Below are positions 40,264 to 49,802 of a DNA stretch of 64,000 nucleotides, piece after piece. The stretch comes from Candidatus Binatia bacterium. Its GTDB lineage: Bacteria > Desulfobacterota > Binatia > Bin18. Position 1 is the stretch's first letter. The number at the start of each line of letters is the position of its first letter. Below the pieces are notes generated by a model. The model saw nothing but the letters and a program-made list of their open reading frames with translations. It was not told the origin of the DNA and did no database searches. Made by a program: the position numbers and the translations under genes. Location of the stretch: positions 1,408,001 through 1,472,000 of the forward strand of contig OY761159.2 in NCBI GenBank assembly GCA_963664395.2, in the 5' to 3' direction.

Positions 40264-41730
40264 TTGAGTATGGATGTCACACTACCTGCCATTAATTGGC
40301 TCTCGATCCTGCCGACCCTGCTCCTTTCCGCGACAGGCATGCTGGCCTTGTTCTGGGATATCTGGATCAAAGACGAGGAGCGATCTTTACTCGGCTGGCT
40401 GAGCCTGACCGGCATCGTCCTCACTGCGCTGTGTTCCTTTCTGTTGTGGGGCCAGAGTGACGGTACGTCTTTCAGCGGCATGTTCGCCCTCGATGGGTAT
40501 GCCTTGTTCTTTAATATTGTCTTTTGCTTCGTCGCGGGTCTGACGGTGTTGATGTCTTTGACCTATCTCGAAACCGCAGAGATTCGGCACGGAGAGTACT
40601 ACGCCCTCATTCTTTTTGCCACGGTTGGCATGGTGGTCATGGCGGCTGCCACCGACCTCATTCTGATCTTTCTGGGTCTGGAAACCATGTCGATTGCCGT
40701 GTACGTCCTGGCTGGGATCTGGCGGCAACATCTCACCTCGCATGAAGCCGCACTCAAATATTTTCTCCTCGGCGCGTTTGCGAGTGGATTCCTGCTGTAT
40801 GGCATTGCCCTGATTTATGGAGCGACGGGCAGTGTGCAGCTTGGAGCCATTGCCGAACACGTCGGCGCCCACGGCTCTTCGCCCTTACTGTTGATCGGCA
40901 TTGGTCTCTTAATCGTCGGCTTTGGTTTTAAGGTTGCGGCTGTCCCGTTCCACGTCTGGGCCCCGGATGTGTATCAAGGCGCACCAACAACCGTCACCGC
41001 CTTTATGGCTGTGGGTGTCAAAGCCGCCGCCTTTGCCGCCTTTGCCCGTGTGTTCCTGCACACGTTGGGTGCGGTCCATGCAGATTGGCAAGGCATTCTG
41101 TGGGTCGTGGCAGCACTCACCATGACTGTGGGGAACATCACAGCGCTTGTCCAGCCCAACATCAAACGCATGCTGGCCTATTCAAGCATTGCCCATGCGG
41201 GCTATCTCCTGGTGGCCATGGTCGCGGGCAAGGACTTGGGCGGCGCGGCCCTCATGTATTACCTGGTGGCCTATGGGCTGATGAATCTGGGCGCATTTGG
41301 GGTGATGATCGCGGTTGGGCGTAAGGGTGAGCCAAACGAAGAGCTGGACGATTATGCCGGCCTCGGTTTTCGCCATCCGGCCTTGGGCATGGCCATGACC
41401 GTGTTCATGCTCTCTCTTACGGGCGTCCCTCCACTGGTTGGATTCACCGGCAAGTTCTATATCTTCAGTGCGGCGGTGCAGGCCGGATATATCTGGCTGG
41501 CTGTGATCGGCGTGCTGAATAGCGCGGTATCAGCCTATTACTACATTCGCGTCGTAGTCAATATGTATATGCGCGAGGGCGACGCTACTGTCGGACTGAG
41601 CGAATTCCCCTCACTCCGCTCCTCCTTAGGAGCCGCCATCCTGATAGCCGCCATCGGCACAGTGCTCATGGGTATCTTCCCGTCCGCGTCAATGTCTTTG
41701 GCCAGAGAGTCGTTTTTGTCGTTGGGATAA
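40264..41730 (+). CDS. nuoN: NADH-quinone oxidoreductase subunit N
   Basis: EAALKYF, FKVAAVPFHVWAPDVYQGAP, KRMLAYSSIAHAGY. Confidence 0.96.
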   Translation: MSMDVTLPAINWLSILPTLLLSATGMLALFWDIWIKDEERSLLGWLSLTGIVLTALCSFLLWGQSDGTSFSGMFALDGYALFFNIVFCFVAGLTVLMSLTYLETAEIRHGEYYALILFATVGMVVMAAATDLILIFLGLETMSIAVYVLAGIWRQHLTSHEAALKYFLLGAFASGFLLYGIALIYGATGSVQLGAIAEHVGAHGSSPLLLIGIGLLIVGFGFKVAAVPFHVWAPDVYQGAPTTVTAFMAVGVKAAAFAAFARVFLHTLGAVHADWQGILWVVAALTMTVGNITALVQPNIKRMLAYSSIAHAGYLLVAMVAGKDLGGAALMYYLVAYGLMNLGAFGVMIAVGRKGEPNEELDDYAGLGFRHPALGMAMTVFMLSLTGVPPLVGFTGKFYIFSAAVQAGYIWLAVIGVLNSAVSAYYYIRVVVNMYMREGDATVGLSEFPSLRSSLGAAILIAAIGTVLMGIFPSASMSLARESFLSLG

Positions 41731-41870
41731 TCGGTCAAGCCTCAACCGAAATCTGCTTTGGTGTCTGAACCACTTACAGCTCCGCGCCCGCTTCCGTTTC
41801 GCCGCTTTTTGTCGGCTTGCAACGACTTTGGCCATTTGCGTGCAGTCGGGGAAGTGGTATACGAGCCAGG

Positions 41871-42632
41871 ATGCTGACCAACTTCCTGACGGCTTTACAG
41901 CTTCTGACCATCATACGCATTAAAAAATATCTGCCTTTTGAGGAAACGGCTGTGGGGCGATCCGCGATATTTTTTCCGCTTATTGGCCTCCTCATCGGCG
42001 CTCTGGTCTGGGGGGCAGACTGGGTGCTCCGTCCGGTATTTCCAACCACAATCCTCAGCATCATTCTCGTTGGACTGCTGGCAGCCTTGAGTCGGGGCTT
42101 TCATCTTGACGGGGTCGCTGATAGCGCAGACGGGCTGTTTGGCAGCCGCAGTCCGGCCATTATGAAAGACGGTACGCATGCTACGCTTGGAACGTATGGC
42201 GTCTTGGCTCTTTTTTTCATCCTCATGTTCAAAGTACGCGCATTGGATCTTTTACTCGGCGGCTATCGAGACATCGCCCTCCTGCTCGGACCTATGCTCG
42301 GTCGGTGGGCGTGCGTGGTCATGGCCTATAGCTCACGTCCTGCCAGAGATGAGGGACTGGGCACCCTATTTGTGCACGGCGTCCAGTTCAATGAATTTGC
42401 CCTCTCCAGCCTCATCGCTCTGGGTGTCCTGTTTACGCTGATTGAAATTGTTGGTATTGCGCTCGTTCTTCCCCTGGGCGGACTCATTATAGGCTTCACC
42501 CTGTTTTGTAATCGCCGCCTGGGAGGAGTCACTGGAGAGAATTGGGCTGCAGTGGGAGAACTCGTTGAGACAGCTGCGCTCTGCCTCTTCGTCCTCCTCG
42601 CAGGAGGGGGTGCGGTCACCGCCTCATCGTAG
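41871..42632 (+). CDS. cobS: Adenosylcobinamide-GDP ribazoletransferase (cobalamin synthase) family, somewhat divergent
   Basis: FLTALQLLT, FFPLIG, GFHLDGVADSADG, IMKD, GGVTGE (usually GD). Confidence 0.85.
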   Translation: MLTNFLTALQLLTIIRIKKYLPFEETAVGRSAIFFPLIGLLIGALVWGADWVLRPVFPTTILSIILVGLLAALSRGFHLDGVADSADGLFGSRSPAIMKDGTHATLGTYGVLALFFILMFKVRALDLLLGGYRDIALLLGPMLGRWACVVMAYSSRPARDEGLGTLFVHGVQFNEFALSSLIALGVLFTLIEIVGIALVLPLGGLIIGFTLFCNRRLGGVTGENWAAVGELVETAALCLFVLLAGGGAVTASS

Positions 42633-42662
42633 GGGGCCGAGGAAATGGGGGGGGGGCTTGCG

Positions 42663-42689
42663 GGGAAAGCGTACGCCTGACGCTTTCCC
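42663..42689. terminator. Hairpin between the convergent cobS and hypothetical genes
   Basis: GGGAAAGCGT-ACGCCTG-ACGCTTTCCC. Confidence 0.5.
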
Positions 42690-42717
42690 GGTCCGCTCAT
42701 GAGTCAGGAAGGGGAAG

Positions 42718-43089
42718 TTAGATGTCGGCGCGGACAGGAATCTCTACGCTGAGAGCGACATCAACCAGCGCTTCGCCGTGCCGTGCATAGAGGAGCGTTT
42801 GTTCCTCTTTCCACGTTTTGAGCGCTTCACGCATTCTGCCCGGATTGATTCCCAGCACGTCGCAAACATTTTCAAAAGAGAAGAACCAGAGTCCATCAGA
42901 GGACACAATCCATTCTTCGGCTTCTTGAAAGAGTCGCCGTTCGTGAGGTTTTTTTGCCAACAGATAGGTCTGGAAACAATGGACTGCGTCCTCTAGCATG
43001 GCTAGCAGGAGCCGTTTCTCACCCTGCAGGGGTTTACGCCCGAGCAAGGTAAAATACTGCTCCGGCAAGAGAGTGTCTGGTTCAAACAT
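42718..43089 (-). CDS. Hypothetical protein
   Basis: 123-aa ORF with AGGAG RBS and protein-like composition (EKRLLLAMLEDA..FSFENVCDVLG); divergent from LysR. Confidence 0.75.
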   Translation of the reverse strand: MFEPDTLLPEQYFTLLGRKPLQGEKRLLLAMLEDAVHCFQTYLLAKKPHERRLFQEAEEWIVSSDGLWFFSFENVCDVLGINPGRMREALKTWKEEQTLLYARHGEALVDVALSVEIPVRADI

Positions 43090-43200
43090 AGAGCCGCTCC
43101 TCTACAAAAAAGTAATACGCGTCGCCGTGTGAGGGTGGCAGAGTAGCGAAATTCCATCTATAAGTAAAGTAAAAAAATCTTCTTTCAATTATTAGCAACC

Positions 43201-44130
43201 ATGCATATTGAAACGCTTAAGGTCTTTTGTGATCTTGCTGAGACAGGGAGTTTTTCCCTTGCCTCTTCGAAAAATTTTATTACGCAATCTGCGGTCAGCC
43301 AGCAGATTCGTGGCTTGGAAGAACGCTACGGCAGAGAACTTGTTGAACGCTCGAAGGGGAACGTACGCCTGACACAAGCAGGCCAGGTCTTGTATGAGAC
43401 TGGCAAGGAGATCGTTCAGAAATATCGTGAAATCGAAGACAGTATCCAGAGCCTGTCGCGCTCAGTTGCAGGAACCGTTCGGGTTGCCACGGTGTATAGT
43501 GTCGGACTCTATGAGCTCTCTTCGCCACTCAAGCGCTATCTGCAGACATTTCCCGATGTCAACATCCACTTGGAATATACCCGCGCCAACAAAATCTACG
43601 AAGAGGTGAGTCGTGGGGATATTGATTTGGGTATTGTCGCCTATCCGAGTAAGCGGCCCCAGATTCAAATCACCCCGTTTCGGGAAGATAGGCTGGTCTT
43701 GATTTGCACCCCGCAACATCGGTTCGCTTCGCTCCGGCGCATACAAATCAAGAAGCTCGACGGAGAGAAATTTGTCGGCTTCGAACGCGACATTCCGACT
43801 CGTCGGGCGCTTGATCGTCTTTTCCGTCGGCATGGGGTAAAAGTCCAATACATGATGGAAATGGATAATGTCGAAACTATCAAACGGGCAGTCGAAATAG
43901 GGGCTGGAATCGCTATTGTACCAGAGCCCTCTGTTGCTCTTGAGGTGAAGAATGAGACCCTCAAGGTTGTCCATTTTTCCGGCGAAGTCCTTATGCGCCC
44001 CCTCGGCATTATTTCCAAGCGGGGCCGCCGTTTTACCCAGGCCATGCAAAAATTTATTGATTTTCTTGAAGAAAAGCCGACGCAACAGGCCGCAGAGCCC
44101 TCGAACCGTGTGCGCCAAGCTAGTGCCTAG
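43201..44130 (+). CDS. LysR-family transcriptional regulator
   Basis: GSFSLA...TQSAVSQQIRGLE HTH, LTQAG, and a substrate-binding domain. Confidence 0.94.
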   Translation: MHIETLKVFCDLAETGSFSLASSKNFITQSAVSQQIRGLEERYGRELVERSKGNVRLTQAGQVLYETGKEIVQKYREIEDSIQSLSRSVAGTVRVATVYSVGLYELSSPLKRYLQTFPDVNIHLEYTRANKIYEEVSRGDIDLGIVAYPSKRPQIQITPFREDRLVLICTPQHRFASLRRIQIKKLDGEKFVGFERDIPTRRALDRLFRRHGVKVQYMMEMDNVETIKRAVEIGAGIAIVPEPSVALEVKNETLKVVHFSGEVLMRPLGIISKRGRRFTQAMQKFIDFLEEKPTQQAAEPSNRVRQASA

Positions 44131-44292
44131 GAGGCCAGGCTATATTGACAGCGGCGGCGCATTGGAAACAGTCGGGGAGAAGAGCGCCAAGGGAGCGCGC
44201 ACCCTACTGCCCGTTTTCCATATGCCAGCAGTCCTCTTGTCACCCTTCTTATCCAGAGTGTCACTCACAGTGCTCAGACCGTGCATTTGGAC

Positions 44293-45669
44293 TTACGCCG
44301 AACTTTTTGGCGTGTCAAAAAAGTCGCGCGTCACGCGGAATACCATCGGTGCCAGGAGGAGGAGGCCGACCAGGTTAGGCACGGCCATCAGGCCGTTGAG
44401 GGTGTCGGATAAATTCCAGACGAAATCCACCTTGACGTTGGCAAAGCCAAACGCCGCCACGACCCACCCCACGCGATACACGATCAAGCTGTTTTCGTTG
44501 AACACGTATTGCCAGCAGCGCTCGCCGTAATACGACCAACCCAGGATGGTCGTAAACGCAAAGACGACCAGCGCAACGGTAACGATATAGTGTCCACCGA
44601 CCAGAGTACTCTGAAAGGCCGTAGCGGTGAGGACCGCCCCGGTCAGACCACTCCCATCCGGGCCCAGAACCGTCCACGCACCCGAGGTGAGGATTACCAG
44701 CGCAGTCATAGTGCATACGATGAGAGTATCGATAAGCGTCCCCAGCATGGCAATCATGCCCTGTCGCACCGGACTGGTTGTTTTGGCGGCGGCATGCGCA
44801 ATCGCGGCGGAACCCAGGCCGGACTCGTTGGAGAACACCCCGCGGGCCACCCCAAAACGAACCGCCGCAGCCACCGCGGCCCCGGCAAAGCCGCCGGTTG
44901 CAGCCGCAGGCGTAAAGGCATGGGTGAAAATCAGGCCAATCGCTTCGGGCACAGCGCTAATATTCAGACTGATGACCAGCAGAGCACTCCCAAGGTAGAG
45001 CACGATCATGGCCGGGACCAGCTTACCGGCCACCTCGGCTATGCGTCTGATACCACCGACGAGGACAAATCCAACCAGCCCGGCCACAACGACTCCGGTC
45101 AACACGGCTGGAACGCCGAAGCTGTCCGCTAAAACGGCGGCCATTGAGTTAACCTGTACCGCGTTCCCGATCCCAAAAGCGGCAATCGCACCGAATATGG
45201 CAAAGGCCAGTCCCAACCACCTGCCCAGTTCGGGCGCGGAGTCACCCACGCCCTTGTGCAGGTAATACATGGGGCCACCCACATACCTGCCCACGGCGTC
45301 TACCTCGCGGTAGGTCACTGCACACACGGCCTCGGCGTATTTGGTCGCCATGCCAAACAGAGCGATCAGCCACATGTAAAAGATCGCACCCGGCCCGCCC
45401 AAGGCAATGGCGGTCGCGACACCGGCAATATTCCCGGTTCCAACCGTCGCCGAGAGTGCCGTCATGAGGGCGTTGAAGGGCCTCACCTCGCCTTCGCCGT
45501 CGGGGTTGTGTTTTTCAAACAGCAGCCGAAAGCCGTAGCCAACTTTTCGCCAAGGTATAAAAACCAGCCCCAGGGTCAGGACAACGCCCGTGAAGCCCAG
45601 CAGAACCAGCATCGGCGGTCCCCACACCAAGGCATTGACGCTATCTATAAAGGAGTTGAGTTGCTCCAT
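44293..45669 (-). CDS. Sodium:alanine/glycine symporter (AGCS family)
   Basis: ATVGTGNIAGVA, GGPGA, GGPMYY, RGVFSNESGLGS, AFTTILGW. Confidence 0.93.
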   Translation of the reverse strand: MEQLNSFIDSVNALVWGPPMLVLLGFTGVVLTLGLVFIPWRKVGYGFRLLFEKHNPDGEGEVRPFNALMTALSATVGTGNIAGVATAIALGGPGAIFYMWLIALFGMATKYAEAVCAVTYREVDAVGRYVGGPMYYLHKGVGDSAPELGRWLGLAFAIFGAIAAFGIGNAVQVNSMAAVLADSFGVPAVLTGVVVAGLVGFVLVGGIRRIAEVAGKLVPAMIVLYLGSALLVISLNISAVPEAIGLIFTHAFTPAAATGGFAGAAVAAAVRFGVARGVFSNESGLGSAAIAHAAAKTTSPVRQGMIAMLGTLIDTLIVCTMTALVILTSGAWTVLGPDGSGLTGAVLTATAFQSTLVGGHYIVTVALVVFAFTTILGWSYYGERCWQYVFNENSLIVYRVGWVVAAFGFANVKVDFVWNLSDTLNGLMAVPNLVGLLLLAPMVFRVTRDFFDTPKSSA

Positions 45670-45689
45670 CGTATTGCTTCCCAGGGGCA

Positions 45690-47429
45690 TCAAGGTCCGG
45701 CTGACCCGGTCCGGGCTGAAGCATCCTTCAGGTATTCGGAGAATTCGTAGATACCATACGCCTCTCGTCCCTGCCACACTGTTCGGGACAGCCCAAATGT
45801 CACAGCCAAGGCAGGCCCTTTGTGTGTATGGCGTACAATGGGAATCGCCGTCAAGGTTTCTCCCTGGCACTCAAGCGACAGTGGAGCAGAAGAAGAGAAT
45901 GCGACAGAGAATTGTGTGGGCCGACCATGCGTAAAGGCGTATTCGAGCTGCCAGTCTACGGGGTCCAGCGGATGTGGGCGGCCGTTCTGATAGACAATGC
46001 CGGAAGAACGCGGCCCTTCAGGAGTTTCGGACCGAGCCAGGAAAATCCCCAGATCAGATCCAAAGGGCAATGACAACAAGCGGCGCGGCAGGAGGCGGTC
46101 CGTTTCATCCGGCCTGAGTACGTCAACAAAGCCCCAGGCGCTGACCGTATATTCGCGGTCCGGAAAGGCCACGCTCCCCTGGAGTTGGCAGAGCTGAATA
46201 AGAGCCGGACGGCTGGCACTCAACGCAGGAAACACCAGATGCAGGTCTACTTCAGCCGGCTCTATCCATGAAGCTGCCAATCCATCTTCGAGCCGAATAA
46301 ACGCCTGGGGATGGGCAAAGCGCATTATCGTTCCCCGGTAGTTGATGGAGAGTCCACTCGGCTGCCGCCGCCACACACATTGCCCGACCTGAACGTGACC
46401 GCGGTCCAGCCCACTCGTATCTTCACCGGTAAAGAGAACCATCTCAGTCCCGCCAAGAGAAAGGAGCAAGCGTCCGGCGTGGACAGACGCACCAGGATCA
46501 AATTCTACGCCTCCCATCACACCTAAACCACTCATCGGGTCATGGAAGTGTAAGGCCAAACGGGTGGGGGCGCGTTCCCACGTCCAAGGCAGCAAAGAAT
46601 CGTACGGTGTTTCGTCCGCTTCGGCCCCCCCCCTCACTGGGGGGTTGAAAGAAAAAACAGAAAAGTCACGGTCCCGGTCAGGCGCGGCTGCATTCTGCAC
46701 AGAGTTGCCCAAGGTATGACAAAAGACGTGGACAAAGCGATCGCGCTCTTGTCCGGGCCAACGCAGGCCCACGCCAAGTTCCAACTGGGCGGCGTTAATT
46801 TTTCCCTGTACGCTCAGCTCAGCCAGCGTTCGTATCTGCGCAGAGTCATCGTGCAGGAAGCGCGCACTAAAGACCTGCATAAAATTATTTTGGGCAGCCG
46901 CGGCGTAGCGCCGTCCAATCGCCACGTCAATGTTCTGTTGCTGCGCTGCTTCACAAAAAGGGATCATAACATCAGAAAAGAAAGACACCTCAAGCGTCGG
47001 CTCCCCTTTGCCAGCTCTCAGCAGTTTTCCCGCTCGTTGGCGGAGTCCGATACCAACATCGCACACGGGCTGCACCACGTTCCAGCCATGAATGAAAAAG
47101 ACGCGCACCGAGTCATGCTGGGCCGTCAGCGCAGACAGAAGTTCGACCAGGGCGCGCAGAAACCACGGCGCCTCGTGTTTGACCTGACTCACGCGGTTCA
47201 AGTCCAGCTCGTTGCGGTCATGCGAGCGGTTGATCAGCGCATAGCTGCGGGTGTGCTCGGCTAAGTCGTGGGTGAGCTCGGCCGTATACAGATCGTTGAC
47301 CTTGATACTATCGGTAATCGGGGCGTCAGCCGGGCGGCGGCCCCCGTGCGGAGCGACTAAGACAATGGGGACCTCACCAGCGGTGAATGTCATCCACGCG
47401 GGCAGGGTCGGCTCAAACGAAAACGGCAT
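45690..47429 (-). CDS. Hypothetical two-domain protein; N-terminal N-formylglutamate-amidohydrolase-like domain
   Basis: VAPHGG..ND..T, DLNR, IHG, QLE motifs followed by a beta-rich C-terminal domain. Confidence 0.65.
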   Translation of the reverse strand: MPFSFEPTLPAWMTFTAGEVPIVLVAPHGGRRPADAPITDSIKVNDLYTAELTHDLAEHTRSYALINRSHDRNELDLNRVSQVKHEAPWFLRALVELLSALTAQHDSVRVFFIHGWNVVQPVCDVGIGLRQRAGKLLRAGKGEPTLEVSFFSDVMIPFCEAAQQQNIDVAIGRRYAAAAQNNFMQVFSARFLHDDSAQIRTLAELSVQGKINAAQLELGVGLRWPGQERDRFVHVFCHTLGNSVQNAAAPDRDRDFSVFSFNPPVRGGAEADETPYDSLLPWTWERAPTRLALHFHDPMSGLGVMGGVEFDPGASVHAGRLLLSLGGTEMVLFTGEDTSGLDRGHVQVGQCVWRRQPSGLSINYRGTIMRFAHPQAFIRLEDGLAASWIEPAEVDLHLVFPALSASRPALIQLCQLQGSVAFPDREYTVSAWGFVDVLRPDETDRLLPRRLLSLPFGSDLGIFLARSETPEGPRSSGIVYQNGRPHPLDPVDWQLEYAFTHGRPTQFSVAFSSSAPLSLECQGETLTAIPIVRHTHKGPALAVTFGLSRTVWQGREAYGIYEFSEYLKDASARTGSAGP

Positions 47430-47491
47430 GGCGTTACTATACTCGATATATCCGAAAGACAGAACGTCTCCCAAAGAGAGACACAGAAAGC

Positions 47492-48469
47492 CTATCTACT
47501 CGCCTCGTCAAGCTGGCGTTCCAGGTCTTCAACAGGAATGCTGCCCGGCTGTTGGCCGGTGCGCGCCATACGATTGGCAACGTGTTGCAGCAGGGCGTTA
47601 CAGGGGGTGAGAATCCCGTGGAGTCTACCCAGCATGACAATCTCCCCGTTCAAAAAGTCAGCCTCGATCGTAGGTAAACTGCGCATCAGACTTTGCCACG
47701 ACGAACCGCCAGCCCGCGGGTGGCCTTCAATATCAGCGAGCTTGATCTGAGATCGTACCCGCGCTTGTAATTCATCCTCGGGCACAAACTCAATACCCGC
47801 AGCCTGGTAGCAGGCGAGGGCTTCGGCGCGCAGCGCTCGAATAATTTTTTGCGAGCGCGCCTCAAATCCGCACGCCGCCTGAAAGGCGTTACGCACATTA
47901 CTCAGCAGCTTGGTGTATTTCCAGCGCATAATATTGTGGTCAGGCGCGGCACTAAAGCCACAGGTGGTCAGATCCTGCGTCACTTGGCTAATGAGCGGAT
48001 CAACCCCGTCGGGATAGCGACCGGCATCCAGAATACCGCCAACGGGCTCGGCATGATTCAGAACCAGGCCGGGCTCCAAATAGGTGGCCGGCATCCAGAC
48101 AACCATGCCGTAGACACGCCCAAATCTGCGAACGGCCAGGCGTTCATTGTCCACCCCGTTCTGCCCGCAGATGAGGGTCAGGTCTCGACCCCCCGCGCGC
48201 TCAAGGTCGCGCAGCGCCATTTCCGTGTCCTGGGACTTCATCGTCAGCAACACGACATCATCTGGAGTAAATGCGATCTCTTCGGGATGGCTGACCGCAC
48301 GGATTGTGAGGGTGAGGGTTTCCTTGGGGGTCTTCAAGGTCAGGCCTGTGGATTGGATGGTGTGTAAGTGCTCACCACGGCAGATAAGGATAACTTCATG
48401 CCCGTGCTGAAACAGCCGTGCCCCAATGGCCCCACCGATACCACCGGCTCCGTAGACGATGTAGCGCAT
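47492..48469 (-). CDS. Ketopantoate reductase (ApbA/PanE) family protein
   Basis: GAGGIG, LTMKS, QNG, KLLSN, SSWQS, EADFLNGEI. Confidence 0.88.
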   Translation of the reverse strand: MRYIVYGAGGIGGAIGARLFQHGHEVILICRGEHLHTIQSTGLTLKTPKETLTLTIRAVSHPEEIAFTPDDVVLLTMKSQDTEMALRDLERAGGRDLTLICGQNGVDNERLAVRRFGRVYGMVVWMPATYLEPGLVLNHAEPVGGILDAGRYPDGVDPLISQVTQDLTTCGFSAAPDHNIMRWKYTKLLSNVRNAFQAACGFEARSQKIIRALRAEALACYQAAGIEFVPEDELQARVRSQIKLADIEGHPRAGGSSWQSLMRSLPTIEADFLNGEIVMLGRLHGILTPCNALLQHVANRMARTGQQPGSIPVEDLERQLDEASR

Positions 48470-48638
48470 GCGAATCTCCTACACTGTCAATACAGTCAGG
48501 GTCGGATTCTACCCCTCGCCCGCGCGTCTATACACCCCACTCGACAGGACGAACGGAATAAACCCTGAACGGTTCGGTCGGATTGACATTGCCAAGCCAA
48601 CCGCAGGATAATCACAGCCACAAAGGAAGGGGGACAAC

Positions 48639-49748
48639 ATGGCACAAGGTTCAATACCAAGCACGATTTTTTCTGCCGACTCGCACACCATAGAGCCTGC
48701 GGATTTGTGGGTACAACGGGTGGACCGAGGCTTTCGAGACCGGGCGCCGCGCGTCATCAAAGACTATCAGGACAAAAAGGGCAGCTTCTTTGTTGCGGAA
48801 GGACTTATGCCATTTCCCGTTGGCGGCGGATTTGCCGCCGGCAAGGACCCCAAAGATCTGGCGACCAATCAGAACGTCGGCTACGAGCAGGCGCGGCCGA
48901 GCGGCTGGGACCCGGTCGAACGGCTCAAGGATCAGGATATCGACGGGGTCGAGGGAGAGGTGCTGTACACGACCCTCGGCATGTTCCTCTTCCACCTCAA
49001 AGACGCCAACCTTCAGTGGGCGTGTTTCCGGGCCTATAACGATTGGATCGCCGAATTTACCAGTCACGCCCCCCAGCGCCTTGTTGGTTTGGGGCTGATT
49101 GCCATGCAGGATGTTGAGCAGGCCGTAGGCGAGTTGCAACGCGTGGCCAATAAAGGCTTGCGCGGGATCATGATTAACGCAGCCTCCCCCCGAGATGTGC
49201 CCTACAGCGACACCTATTTTGATGCGTTCTGGGCGGCCGCTCAGGATCTGAACCTGCCGGTGAGCCTGCATATTCTGACCGGCAAGCAAAACATCCGGCT
49301 CAAAAAGGGACGGGTTGCCTCAAACATGTCTATTATTCACGAAGTCCAAAACTCGCTGACCGATCTGATTTATAACGGTGTGTGCGAACGCTTTCCCCGG
49401 CTGAAGCTGGTTTCCGCAGAAAACGATATTGGCTGGATTGCCCATTATCTGAGTCGTTTGGACATCTCGTCCGAAACGCTCAAGTATGTGGACCCAACCC
49501 CGAATACCCTCCTGCCCAGCGAGTATTTCAAGCGGCAGATCTATGCCACCTTTCAAGACGACCGAGCCGGGGTTGTGACCTACGACCTGAGCGGTGAAGA
49601 CAACCTCATGTGGGCGTCAGACTTCCCCCACCGCGCCTCAACCTGGCCGCGCTCGCACGCAGTGGTGGAGCAAAATTTTGCTGGCATTCCAGCCGAGGTC
49701 AGGCGCAAGATTACCTATGAGAATGCGCGGCGTTTATACGGATTATAA
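48639..49748 (+). CDS. Amidohydrolase-2 family protein
   Basis: SADSH, RAYNDW, SLHI, AENDIGW, WASDFPH, ENARRLY. Confidence 0.9.
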   Translation: MAQGSIPSTIFSADSHTIEPADLWVQRVDRGFRDRAPRVIKDYQDKKGSFFVAEGLMPFPVGGGFAAGKDPKDLATNQNVGYEQARPSGWDPVERLKDQDIDGVEGEVLYTTLGMFLFHLKDANLQWACFRAYNDWIAEFTSHAPQRLVGLGLIAMQDVEQAVGELQRVANKGLRGIMINAASPRDVPYSDTYFDAFWAAAQDLNLPVSLHILTGKQNIRLKKGRVASNMSIIHEVQNSLTDLIYNGVCERFPRLKLVSAENDIGWIAHYLSRLDISSETLKYVDPTPNTLLPSEYFKRQIYATFQDDRAGVVTYDLSGEDNLMWASDFPHRASTWPRSHAVVEQNFAGIPAEVRRKITYENARRLYGL

Positions 49749-49802
49749 GACGGGCGACGAATCGGATGACGCTCCGCGCAGCCGGTCCGCCATCCTCCCT
49801 GT

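Noticed and set aside
45670-45689. Glycine riboswitch upstream of the AGCS symporter
   Set aside because: The intergenic gap is only 20 nt.
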